This document shows positions 19,213 to 28,066 of a stretch of 60,277 nucleotides of DNA, piece after piece. The stretch is from a virus (taxonomy: Duplodnaviria; Caudoviricetes), in the IMG/VR virus record IMGVR_UViG_3300045954_000073, positions 1 through 60,277 of that record; one strand, 5' to 3'. The translations under genes were made by a program, and so were the position numbers. The notes under the pieces were generated by a model. That model was not told the origin of the DNA, did no database searches, and worked only from the letters and a program-made list of their open reading frames with translations. How positions within the stretch are numbered: position 1 is the first letter of the stretch; each line of letters begins with the position of its first letter.

Positions 19213-20282
19213 GAGAATCTTGTATTTCTCATACTGCCCGCCAGCCAATAGCTATAGTTCGGCAGGATTACTATTTTTTGACTGGTAGAGATGCTGTAGC
19301 GGCTGCAATACTCAATATTTTTGAATATTGGGCTAATGCAGAAATTGCTAAAAACCCAAGTGAAGTTAATCCTTGGGTTGGAATTCACACTATCCAAGAG
19401 TTTGAAGAGCTTTTAGTAGGAATTGCTACTGACAAACAAATTAGGAAGCGCCTGCATACATTGCAGGAAGCAGGGTTTATTCAAGTGCGTCAACCCCTTA
19501 AACACAGGAAAAGTCTTGAGTTTAGGTTCATGGTTACAGTGGTGCAAGAATCGCTTGACCGTAGACCCAACGGTCAAACAACCGCTGACCCAACGGTCAA
19601 ACAACCGCTGACCCAACGGTCAAATGACCGTAGACCCAACGGTCAAACAACCGCTGACCCAACGGTCAAACAACCGCTGACCCAACGGTCAAATGACCGT
19701 TTCACTATATATAAAGAAGATCAATCAGAAATCAAGAGAGAAGTAAGAGAGAAGGAATTTTCTTATCCCGAACCTGAATTTGGTGCAACAGCAGCGCAGG
19801 AAGCAGTACCTCAATCTTCCACTTTGCTACCGACAGAACCAGAATTACAACCAACCAGTAATCTTGTATCCACCGCGTCGCTTAAAACCGCTAATACGAC
19901 AGCTGATCGCGTCCGGCGAACCTGGCAAGAAACCGGACTATTGCCCAAAATTCCGATGGAATTAGAGGCATGGGCCCAAGAAGATTTGGGTACTGAAATT
20001 ATTGCCTTTTACCGCAATAGCGGAAGAATCACCACGACGAAGCAAGGGGATATCAAGCCTGGGTTCGCTTTATACGTTGCTGCCCAGCATGAGAGTCGAA
20101 CCAAAGATATTGACTATGGATACTCATACATTCGTAGTCTAGAGGCAGTTCCCCATAAATGGGAAACGCTGGCGTCCCTCGTAATCAAATGGCAGTCCAG
20201 TGTTAGTACTGGCGATCAGAACATCAACATTACCAAAGAAGTCAACAGAACCTTGAAACCACCAATGCAAGTAAGTATTTAA
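19209..20282 (+). CDS. Phage replication initiator (lambda O-like position) containing iterons
   Basis: wHTH-like TDKQIRKRLHTLQEAGFI, internal 23-bp repeats, followed by a loader-like gene. Confidence 0.75.
   Translation: MRESCISHTARQPIAIVRQDYYFLTGRDAVAAAILNIFEYWANAEIAKNPSEVNPWVGIHTIQEFEELLVGIATDKQIRKRLHTLQEAGFIQVRQPLKHRKSLEFRFMVTVVQESLDRRPNGQTTADPTVKQPLTQRSNDRRPNGQTTADPTVKQPLTQRSNDRFTIYKEDQSEIKREVREKEFSYPEPEFGATAAQEAVPQSSTLLPTEPELQPTSNLVSTASLKTANTTADRVRRTWQETGLLPKIPMELEAWAQEDLGTEIIAFYRNSGRITTTKQGDIKPGFALYVAAQHESRTKDIDYGYSYIRSLEAVPHKWETLASLVIKWQSSVSTGDQNINITKEVNRTLKPPMQVSI
19556..19700 (+). repeat. Six 23-bp iterons (2 x 69 bp), putative origin
   Basis: GACCCAACGGTCAAA core at 19564, 19587, 19610, 19633, 19656, 19679. 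Confidence 0.9.
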
Positions 20283-20291
20283 GAGGCACAA

Positions 20292-20825
20292 ATGCTTGAC
20301 TATCAAGACTTTAAGAATGCTGTATCGGAGCTAGAAAGATTTTATAAAGGTGAAATTTTAAACGGCGGAATTTTGGAATCCGCTTGGTATGAAACCTTGA
20401 AGCGATTATCGCTTTCACAACTGCAAACGGGAATAGCCAGATGCTTTTTAAAGCATCCCCGTAAATATAATTTTTTTCCCTCATCTGGGCAAATTTTGGA
20501 GTTTGCAGTTGGTGAATACCGTCCCCCCGGTGAATGTTTAAAAAGAGATTTTTCACTAGCTTGCTTGCCCTCTGAGGAACAAAGGATGTCTTCTGAAGAG
20601 AAAGCTGAAGCGATCAAGCGCGGAAGGCTCACAGCAACCATCATTGTAAACAGCAGTGGCTTTATGTCTGTAGAGCAAAAAGACAAACTAATCGAAAACC
20701 TGCGACAGAAACCAACCTATGAACTTGAAATGATTGCTTCCACGGCTAAACAGGCTCAAAAGCAGAAAATAGGCAAACGGAAGGCTTTTAGCAATATTTC
20801 GACAGAACTAGAAAAAGTGATGTAA
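20292..20825 (+). CDS. Putative helicase loader/inhibitor-like replication protein
   Basis: AWYETLKRLS...FFPSSGQI pattern; located after the initiator. Confidence 0.55.
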   Translation: MLDYQDFKNAVSELERFYKGEILNGGILESAWYETLKRLSLSQLQTGIARCFLKHPRKYNFFPSSGQILEFAVGEYRPPGECLKRDFSLACLPSEEQRMSSEEKAEAIKRGRLTATIIVNSSGFMSVEQKDKLIENLRQKPTYELEMIASTAKQAQKQKIGKRKAFSNISTELEKVM

Positions 20826-20841
20826 AGATGGAGGTACTAAA

Positions 20842-23800
20842 ATGTATGATTTTCAAGTAGGCGATCGCTTTGCAATTCCGCAATCAAAACAGGTTTGTGA
20901 AATTTTAGAAATTAAGACCAGTCGCAAGTCCACACCTTATCGTGTGCGATGGGGTAAATCTAAAATTGAAAGATGGCTCGGATTATCAACGCTCCAGAAG
21001 CTCAAATACTTGCCTTCTGACGAAATCATCAGCAAGCCAAATAGTAAATCCAACTCATTAAATTTGGGTAAAGTCTTTAATGGTGCTGCACGCCTTGCTA
21101 CAGACGAAGATATCAAAATTCTTTCCCCCGGTGACTGGATAAAAGCTAAGGAAGAAAACTACTGCTACTGTTTTAAGCGTTGGGATGGCAAAACTCCGGT
21201 TGGTGAGTGGAAGGGTAAAGAGTTTCCGTTCCACCGTAATCTATTGATGGTTTGCACATCTATTGATGGTGTGTTGATAGAAAAGTTTTGCAATGATAAT
21301 ACCCTTGCTGCTCCTACAAAAATTATAAAAGCAATTACCCTGCACCAACCTTGGGCGCAGCTAGTTGGCATTCACAAGCACTATGAGACTAGGAGTTGGA
21401 GTACTGACTACAGAGGTAAACTTGCTATCCATGCTGCACAAAAGCCGAAGCGATGGAACGACCACAAAAAAATTATTAGTGAATTCAGTGATCTGTTAGC
21501 AACGAGGGACTGCGAATACTCTGCAATAGTTGCAATCGCCAATTTAACAGACTGTATCAAAATGACTGAAGAATTTATCAGTCAGCAATCAGAAACAGAA
21601 ATAAGATGCGGACTGTGGGAGATTGGGCGCTATGCCTGGAAGTTGGAGAATGTAAAGATACTTTCTGAGCCAATACCTGCTAAAGGCTTTCATAAGCTCT
21701 GGGACATTGAATTATCTATTTTCGTTGTCGAAGAAAGTGAAACTTTTGTTAACAAAGATGCTCAATCTTCTGGACTAAACTCCGAAGGATGTGTAGAGCA
21801 AGTTTTACAATATTGCGTCCCCGGTGACGTAATTGGTCTTGGTGGGTGGTGTATTCTGGGCCAGCAGCCAAGTTACTTAACTACATTCTGGGAAACCATT
21901 AATAATGAATCCCAATCTCAGGAATCTGCACTAACTTTTCAACCAAACCTAACCGTCGCCATCTGTGAATTTTTGGGCAAGTGTGATCGACCTGCTCAAT
22001 CAATAAGGGATATAGCCAAAGCAGTCGGTTGCGATGTTGATAATGTCCACGATGCTCTTGAGGTGGGAAGGCAACAGGGGTTATTTAAACCTGCTTTTAC
22101 AATTGAGCCTGATTTTTGGTTCTTAAACCGCCAAGAATCTGCTGAAGCTGAAACCGACAAATTGACCATAGACAAACTTTCAGTAGGTGATCGCGTTTGC
22201 TACGATATCAACTCCTCTACCCGTAGAGGTTTAGTGATTACAGCAGGAGAAAGAGTCGGTGTTAAGTGGGATAACTGGGTAACTCTTGCCTATTCTGCTG
22301 ACGACATAGCCAATATGGTTCAATATATGAACTTTCGCTGTGAAGATATTGATCCAGAATCTGAAGAATTTTTACAAGATTTGGATGCTGATCAGTATCG
22401 ATGGAACGAAAAAGATTTTGGTGACGTTCCTCGCAAGGCAGACGGCGACCAATTAACCATTTTTTTTGATGACGCAGAAGAACCGCCGCTACCTGAAGAT
22501 TTTCCAGATATCCAATCTTTTGATAAAGCCTGGGACGTGTGGGACAAGCAAAACCAAGCTTATTTGACATCGGTTGAAAAGGAGTGGCGAGTTTCAGGAA
22601 TCGTCAATAAGCAACAACGACGAGACGGAACAGTTGTTAGTGTTGGACGATCAGGATTTTCAATTGAGTGGGATGGGTGGATCAAAATTCCTTACTCATT
22701 TTCACAGATTCAGGAATTGAAGCTATTAAAAATTCAGAAAACCGAGGAAAAAGAAGAATGCTTACAACAGGACACCTATTCTGTGGCGGTGGCGGCGACA
22801 CAGAAGGAGCAATTAAAGCTGGATATTGCCCTCTCTGGGGAATTGATAACAACTCCCAAGCCTGCGCCGTCTTCCGAAAGCGATTCCCAAAAACCGACCT
22901 GTATGAATACGACGTTAGAGAACTCTCTGACGACTTCATTCTCGGTTTGCCCATCCCCGACTGCCTCATTTGGGGAAGCCCTTGTCCAGACTTTTCCACT
23001 GCTGGCAAACGAGCCGGCATTAATGGATCTCGTGGACAGTTGTTTTTTGAAGGAATCCGATTTCTTCGCCTCCAGCGTCCACCATCATTCCTGTTTGAAA
23101 ACGTTGAGGGAATCCTTAGCAGTGACCAAGCAACTGCCTTCCCCCTCATCATCGAAACGTTTGCAGAACTGGGGTATGTGGGGACTTGGCAAAAACTTAA
23201 TGCCAACCGACACGTCCCTCAAAACCGAGAACGAATTTATTGTGTGGGCTATCACATCGGATGTAAGAGCAACGCAGCCTAAGCTTTACAAAAAATCTTT
23301 GCACGAGGTTCTCAACGGTTCACCCGTAAACTCGTTTACGGGTGAGGATATTGACGAAGCTCCTACAATTTGCGGCGCAGGGTGGCAGCATCGATCGCCT
23401 CAAAATAGAGATAAATCAGGTGCTTCCTTTGCAATCATTTTTCGCGCAGCTGATGGCGATCACGTCTACTCTGCCGATTTATGTAAAGATGCCCCAACTT
23501 TAAGAAGCTTGGCAAATACGGGTAAACACCAATCAGGATCTGGTGCTTACAAAGTCCGCCAGATGGGTAGCGATGCAACCATAGAGCGCCCAATCACCCC
23601 CACTGAGGCAGAGATGCTGATGGGATGGGAAGTCGGCAGTACAGCAATTGGTATTGATGCCGAGGGGCATGAAATATCAATTAGTGATACTCAACGCATA
23701 AAAATGCTGGGCAACGGCATTGTCCCAGCGGAAATAACAAATATTTTGGAGCGTCTAAAGCCGATTCTTAAGCGCAAATTAGAATCGGAAATTTCGCCAA

Positions 23801-23886
23801 ATTTGAAGGCCGCCTACTGGCAATTACGTCGCAGCGGAAAAACTCACCAAGAAGCCAAGAAAATATTAGTAGGAGTAACACAATGA
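20842..23886 (+). CDS. Multidomain protein: SH3/Tudor-like repeats + ASCH + HTH + C-terminal half (TRD, motifs IX-X) of a C5-methyltransferase
   Basis: ASCH KAITLHQPWA...ETRSW...YRGKLAIHAA (~21328-21710); RPITPTEAEMLMGW and QRIKMLGNGIV (~23584-23724). Confidence 0.8.
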   Translation: MYDFQVGDRFAIPQSKQVCEILEIKTSRKSTPYRVRWGKSKIERWLGLSTLQKLKYLPSDEIISKPNSKSNSLNLGKVFNGAARLATDEDIKILSPGDWIKAKEENYCYCFKRWDGKTPVGEWKGKEFPFHRNLLMVCTSIDGVLIEKFCNDNTLAAPTKIIKAITLHQPWAQLVGIHKHYETRSWSTDYRGKLAIHAAQKPKRWNDHKKIISEFSDLLATRDCEYSAIVAIANLTDCIKMTEEFISQQSETEIRCGLWEIGRYAWKLENVKILSEPIPAKGFHKLWDIELSIFVVEESETFVNKDAQSSGLNSEGCVEQVLQYCVPGDVIGLGGWCILGQQPSYLTTFWETINNESQSQESALTFQPNLTVAICEFLGKCDRPAQSIRDIAKAVGCDVDNVHDALEVGRQQGLFKPAFTIEPDFWFLNRQESAEAETDKLTIDKLSVGDRVCYDINSSTRRGLVITAGERVGVKWDNWVTLAYSADDIANMVQYMNFRCEDIDPESEEFLQDLDADQYRWNEKDFGDVPRKADGDQLTIFFDDAEEPPLPEDFPDIQSFDKAWDVWDKQNQAYLTSVEKEWRVSGIVNKQQRRDGTVVSVGRSGFSIEWDGWIKIPYSFSQIQELKLLKIQKTEEKEECLQQDTYSVAVAATQKEQLKLDIALSGELITTPKPAPSSESDSQKPTCMNTTLENSLTTSFSVCPSPTASFGEALVQTFPLLANEPALMDLVDSCFLKESDFFASSVHHHSCLKTLRESLAVTKQLPSPSSSKRLQNWGMWGLGKNLMPTDTSLKTENEFIVWAITSDVRATQPKLYKKSLHEVLNGSPVNSFTGEDIDEAPTICGAGWQHRSPQNRDKSGASFAIIFRAADGDHVYSADLCKDAPTLRSLANTGKHQSGSGAYKVRQMGSDATIERPITPTEAEMLMGWEVGSTAIGIDAEGHEISISDTQRIKMLGNGIVPAEITNILERLKPILKRKLESEISPNLKAAYWQLRRSGKTHQEAKKILVGVTQ
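22758..23282 (+). CDS. C5-cytosine methyltransferase N-terminal half (motifs I-VIII), nested in an alternative frame
   Basis: LFCGGGG, GSPCPDFS, ENVEG, PQNRERIY; GAGG SD at 22744. Confidence 0.9.
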   Translation: MLTTGHLFCGGGGDTEGAIKAGYCPLWGIDNNSQACAVFRKRFPKTDLYEYDVRELSDDFILGLPIPDCLIWGSPCPDFSTAGKRAGINGSRGQLFFEGIRFLRLQRPPSFLFENVEGILSSDQATAFPLIIETFAELGYVGTWQKLNANRHVPQNRERIYCVGYHIGCKSNAA

Positions 23887-24428
23887 AATTAGCATACAGG
23901 GTTGGTGATGACGAGAGACAAGAAATTATATTCACTTCAGATAGTGAATTAACACTTGCTGACAACTACGAGGTAGTTGAGCGTTGCCCCGATTATGACG
24001 AATACAAAAAGCTTGGATACGTACCGCCCGAAACTTTGCTTAATGATGGGTAGTGGTTAGCGTGCATTGAGTGTGAAGCGAGAGTTGATAGCGATTACTG
24101 GGACTATGAGAACGATGTCAAACTAGAACCTGTATTCGCCAAGGATTCTGTTTTCTGCTGTCAATCTTGCCATGATGAATTTATGGCGAGAATAGAAGCT
24201 ACAAGGCAAACCAGAGAGCGAGTCATTAAAGTTATAACGTCCAGATGTCCTGAAGCATCTGAAATTTACGTCATGGTAGGGACAAAAGAAGTTTACGCAG
24301 AATTCAAGTTTCCAGGCTCTAAATACAAGGCACAATGGCGAACTGAAGACCCCGATCACATTTACTATTGCAAGGCTGACGAAGAGGCGGCAATCGCTTA
24401 CTTCAAGCTCAAGGAAATAGCAGTTTAG
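23883..24428 (+). pseudogene. Cys-rich phage protein interrupted by TAG at 24051
   Basis: One frame MKLAYRV...NDG*WLACIEC...FCCQSC...MARIEATRQ; likely TGG>TAG. Confidence 0.7.
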
Positions 24429-24500
24429 TGATAAAGCGGGCGATGCCGATCTGATTGGTTGTCACCCGTTTAATAATTTCACCATAATAATTAAATTGAT

Positions 24501-25397
24501 ATGAGATACGCTTCTAGCCTGCTTTATGGTGGTGCGCTGGTAGATTCTCAAGGTGCTACCTACCAGGACTATTCCAAACTGCTTCTGCGTTGCCCATTCT
24601 GCGGTGAACCAGTATTTTTATCCGCTGCTAAATATCGTACAGAACACGCCCGTTTAGCACCTAAATCTAAGAAAATTGTTTTGGTCAAAGGTCACGACGT
24701 TTCCGCCAGCTTTGCTCATTTTCCTGGTATTGCATCGGAGAAATGCGAATTTAAAGCGTTAGGAATCAAGCAATCCGACATTAAAAAGAGTATTGCTAGG
24801 GGTAAAAATCAAAGACTCAAATTTTTCCAAAATCGCTTCTGGAAAATTTTACAAGGGGAACGAGACGTTAAGGTTAGCACTGTTTATCAGCTTGTTAAAA
24901 AAGCTAACTTATTCCTGTCCGATGGCTATCTAACTGAAATAGCAACGGAACTTACCGAAGATGTTGCCAGAAGATTTAAAACCTATGAAGGCATGAAAGA
25001 TTTTGCCTCTGGACTGCTACAAGAAGCCGCTCGGCGTCCTTGCGAGTTAATCGTAGCTAAAGACGAAAAAGAGATGGATGAAGCTACTTCTTGGCTGTTG
25101 TCTCTAGAGCTTGATCTGCATTTGCAGATCGTCGGTGAAGCAATTGAATTTTTGAAGACTAAATCAGCCACTAGGCTGCTTCATGAATTTATTGATTTAG
25201 CGGTTGCCCACAATATCAGTATTAAAGGTGAATCAGAATTACTGAATTTGGCAAAGCTTGATAAATCAATGCCCCTGCTGAAAAAAGATTACCAGAATTT
25301 AGTGAGTACGATTATTGCCAGCATGGTTGCTATGTTAGCCGGCACTCAATGGGCGATCACCATTCATGAGGCAAATTCAGAATCCAAAGCCTCATGA
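24501..25397 (+). CDS. Zn-ribbon protein (CoiA-like N-terminus) at the end of the early operon
   Basis: LRCPFCGEPVFL...FAHF...C. Confidence 0.6.
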   Translation: MRYASSLLYGGALVDSQGATYQDYSKLLLRCPFCGEPVFLSAAKYRTEHARLAPKSKKIVLVKGHDVSASFAHFPGIASEKCEFKALGIKQSDIKKSIARGKNQRLKFFQNRFWKILQGERDVKVSTVYQLVKKANLFLSDGYLTEIATELTEDVARRFKTYEGMKDFASGLLQEAARRPCELIVAKDEKEMDEATSWLLSLELDLHLQIVGEAIEFLKTKSATRLLHEFIDLAVAHNISIKGESELLNLAKLDKSMPLLKKDYQNLVSTIIASMVAMLAGTQWAITIHEANSESKAS

Positions 25398-25412
25398 CGA
25401 ATTCATCATGAG
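25391..25412. repeat. Dispersed palindrome copy upstream of terS
   Basis: CTCATGACGAATTCATCATGAG. Confidence 0.9.
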
Positions 25413-25490
25413 AGCGTGATTAAGTAAATTTTATAGCAGTTAGCTTTCTGCAATTAAAATGTGTTTATATTTATGCTTGTATGAAAAATA

Positions 25491-26060
25491 ATGTCAAAGT
25501 TGACCCCTAAGCGAATTAGATTTGCTGAAGAGTACATCATCGATTTCAACGCTACTGCTGCCTATACTCGTGCTGGATATTCAGCTTCAACTGTTGCTGT
25601 AGCCCGTAGCGAAGGATTCAAACTACTCCAGATACCAGAGATTCAAGCTTACATTCTGTCATTATGTAACCAACGTTCCGAAAAAACTGGCATTACTGTC
25701 GAAAGAGTCCTAGAGGAGCTAGAGCGGTTAGCAACCAGCAATCTCTTAAACATAGGTACGTGGGATAATGCGGGGGGGCTGGTACTAAAAAGTAGCGAAG
25801 AAATAGAGCCGAAGCACTCGGCTGCAATATCTTCAATAACCTGTAATACAAAGTTTGATAAAGAAGGGAATAAAACTGTTACTTTATCCTGCAAGCTACA
25901 TGACAAAACTCGTCCATTGGAATTGATTGCTAAATATTTAGGAATGATAAATGACTTTAACGGCGCGATCGCCTGCTTGAGAAAGTACGGGCTAGACCTT
26001 TATCAGGATAACAAAGGTGAGTGGAATGTGAGAAGGATAAATGTTTCTCCCAATACCTAG
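25491..26060 (+). CDS. terS: Terminase small subunit
   Basis: LTPKRIRFAEEYIIDFNATAAYTRAGYS...KLHDK..LELIAKYLGM. Confidence 0.92.
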   Translation: MSKLTPKRIRFAEEYIIDFNATAAYTRAGYSASTVAVARSEGFKLLQIPEIQAYILSLCNQRSEKTGITVERVLEELERLATSNLLNIGTWDNAGGLVLKSSEEIEPKHSAAISSITCNTKFDKEGNKTVTLSCKLHDKTRPLELIAKYLGMINDFNGAIACLRKYGLDLYQDNKGEWNVRRINVSPNT

Positions 26061-27531
26061 ACTTACTCAGGCGAATGATAAGGCTAGGCAAAAGGCGATC
26101 GCGCAATCTAACTCTGAAACCGAAGTTTATCAACTACCCCCACCCCAGGCAGGCCCGCAAACAGATTTTTATAACACTAAGGCTAGTGTTTGTATTTACG
26201 GTGGGAGTGCCGGTGCTGGTAAATCGTTCGCCCTTCTCCTCAAAGCAGCCAAACATATAAATGTCTCTGACTACGGAAGCGTTATCTTCCGGCGCACATC
26301 ACCAGAGATAAAAAATGAGGGTGGACTGTGGGATGAATCCTGCAAGCTGTACCGCTCTATCCCAGGCTCCAAGAGCAGAGAGAATGACCTGGATTGGATA
26401 TTCCCTAGCAGTGCCATTAGCTTTGGGCATATTCAGTATGAGAAAGATGCAGAGAATAAATTTCCAGGGGCACAAATTGCTCACATAGGATTTGATGAAT
26501 TAACTAAATTTACTGAGCGTCAATTTTGGTTTTTGTTCTCCAGAAATAGAACTACCTGTGGTGTTGAACCAAGGATTGATGCAACCTGCAACCCTGATGC
26601 TGATAGCTGGGTTGCTAAATTGGTTGAGTGGTACATCGACCAAAAAACTGGTTATCCAATTCCTGAAAGGTCAGGTGTAATTCGCTATTTTTATCGCATC
26701 AATGCTGAGATGCATTGGGGTGACACTGCTGAGGAATTAGAGCAGAAATATCCTGATATGGCGGCGATCGCACCCCCAAAATCATTTACTTTTATTGCTG
26801 CCAATGTTTACGATAATCCGGCGCTATTGAATACTAATCCTCAATACTTACAAAACCTTATGGCGCAACATCCTGTAGAGATGGAGCGGCTATTAAAAGG
26901 TAATTGGAAAGTTAAATATGAAGCTGGCAAAATATTCAATAGAAACTGGTTTGAAATTGTTAACGCAATTCCAGAAAAGCGCGGCGTAACTGTGCGATTT
27001 TGGGATTTTGCGGCTACTGCTAAGGAGTTCGCCACAAAGACAAGTTTCTACTCGGCTAATATTAAAATGACTTTGATTGACGGCATCTATTACATTGCTG
27101 ATTGTGATTGGGAACAGGTAAGCGGTGATGATGGTGATGACTCAGTGAAAGGTAGGGCCCAGAGTGATGGTAGGTTATGTAAAGTGCGTTGGGAGCTAGA
27201 AGGAGGCAGCGCATCCAGAAGGTATGAGGCGCATCTGAAGCGAGAATTATCCGGTTTTGATGCGGCGGGTGTTTTGCCACTGGGCGATAAAGTGACTCGC
27301 GCGTTGCCTTGGGCTACAGCAGCCAAGAATGGCAAAATTAAACTGCTTCGTGCAGCATGGAATGACCAGTTTTTATCAGCGGTCAATCAATTTGATGGAA
27401 CTGCTAAACCACTAGTAAATGATATAGTTGATAGTGGTAGTGGTGCTTACGCCGTACTTGGTGAAAGTGGTGTAACGATGGCGATCGCACCTGGTGGAAA
27501 AATCAATAATCCGTTTAAAATTCAACAATGA
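26041..27531 (+). CDS. terL: Terminase large subunit
   Basis: YGGSAGAGKS Walker A, IGFDE Walker B, ATCNP, RFWDFAAT nuclease domain, NDIVDS. Confidence 0.95.
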   Translation: MFLPIPRLTQANDKARQKAIAQSNSETEVYQLPPPQAGPQTDFYNTKASVCIYGGSAGAGKSFALLLKAAKHINVSDYGSVIFRRTSPEIKNEGGLWDESCKLYRSIPGSKSRENDLDWIFPSSAISFGHIQYEKDAENKFPGAQIAHIGFDELTKFTERQFWFLFSRNRTTCGVEPRIDATCNPDADSWVAKLVEWYIDQKTGYPIPERSGVIRYFYRINAEMHWGDTAEELEQKYPDMAAIAPPKSFTFIAANVYDNPALLNTNPQYLQNLMAQHPVEMERLLKGNWKVKYEAGKIFNRNWFEIVNAIPEKRGVTVRFWDFAATAKEFATKTSFYSANIKMTLIDGIYYIADCDWEQVSGDDGDDSVKGRAQSDGRLCKVRWELEGGSASRRYEAHLKRELSGFDAAGVLPLGDKVTRALPWATAAKNGKIKLLRAAWNDQFLSAVNQFDGTAKPLVNDIVDSGSGAYAVLGESGVTMAIAPGGKINNPFKIQQ

Positions 27532-27725
27532 AAGTATTCGCAACTCGATTTTTAGAAAAGATGAAACCAGCTTCCGAAGCAGAGTGGGAATGGAATCCAG
27601 TAAATAAACCTCCTGAGATTTTTGCTAGTGGCATGCATACCCAAACTCACCAATCTACTTATGCTGCCGAAAAAGATAATCGGACTGATCATGATCGCCC
27701 TAATGAAGGGTTCTTGATAGTTTGA
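27528..27725 (+). CDS. Small hypothetical protein (moron)
   Basis: ATGA overlap with the terL stop. Confidence 0.5.
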   Translation: MKVFATRFLEKMKPASEAEWEWNPVNKPPEIFASGMHTQTHQSTYAAEKDNRTDHDRPNEGFLIV

Positions 27726-27734
27726 TAAAAATTT

Positions 27735-27995
27735 ATGAGAGCTTGGAAGCACCACCTAAAAGCACCTTATCTTCACTCCCAAGATGTATTTCGTATTGGG
27801 GCTGGTGCAGGTGGTGCTGTTTTTCTTGACTATGACAAGATGCTTCAATACCTAAAACAAGATAGCAATGAATACGAAGTAGCAGAGATAGAAGTTGCTC
27901 TTGATGAACTAAGATTTGACTATGGTAATGATTGGATGGCTACAATCCTGGTAGACAGATTTAGCTCTACTGGCTTTCAGCCTATTGATTGGTGA
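27735..27995 (+). CDS. Hypothetical protein (moron)
   Basis: 86-aa ATG ORF. Confidence 0.6.
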   Translation: MRAWKHHLKAPYLHSQDVFRIGAGAGGAVFLDYDKMLQYLKQDSNEYEVAEIEVALDELRFDYGNDWMATILVDRFSSTGFQPIDW

Positions 27996-28012
27996 GGCGA
28001 TCGCACCACAAC

Positions 28013-28038
28013 ACCTCATGATGAAATCCTCATGAGGT
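28013..28038. repeat. Dispersed palindrome copy upstream of the portal
   Basis: ACCTCATGATGAAATCCTCATGAGGT. Confidence 0.9.
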
Positions 28039-28066
28039 TTAACATATTCATTAACAATTATAAAAA

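Noticed and set aside
19556-19700. CRISPR-like array
   Set aside because: Tandem units without unique spacers, in frame inside a replication gene; no cas genes
22682-23206. 174-aa antisense ORF over the methyltransferase
   Set aside because: Antisense shadow of a dual-coding region with no recognisable features
24163-24190. Additional palindrome copy (GCCATGATGAATTTATGGC)
   Set aside because: Only a half-site match with altered spacing, inside a coding frame
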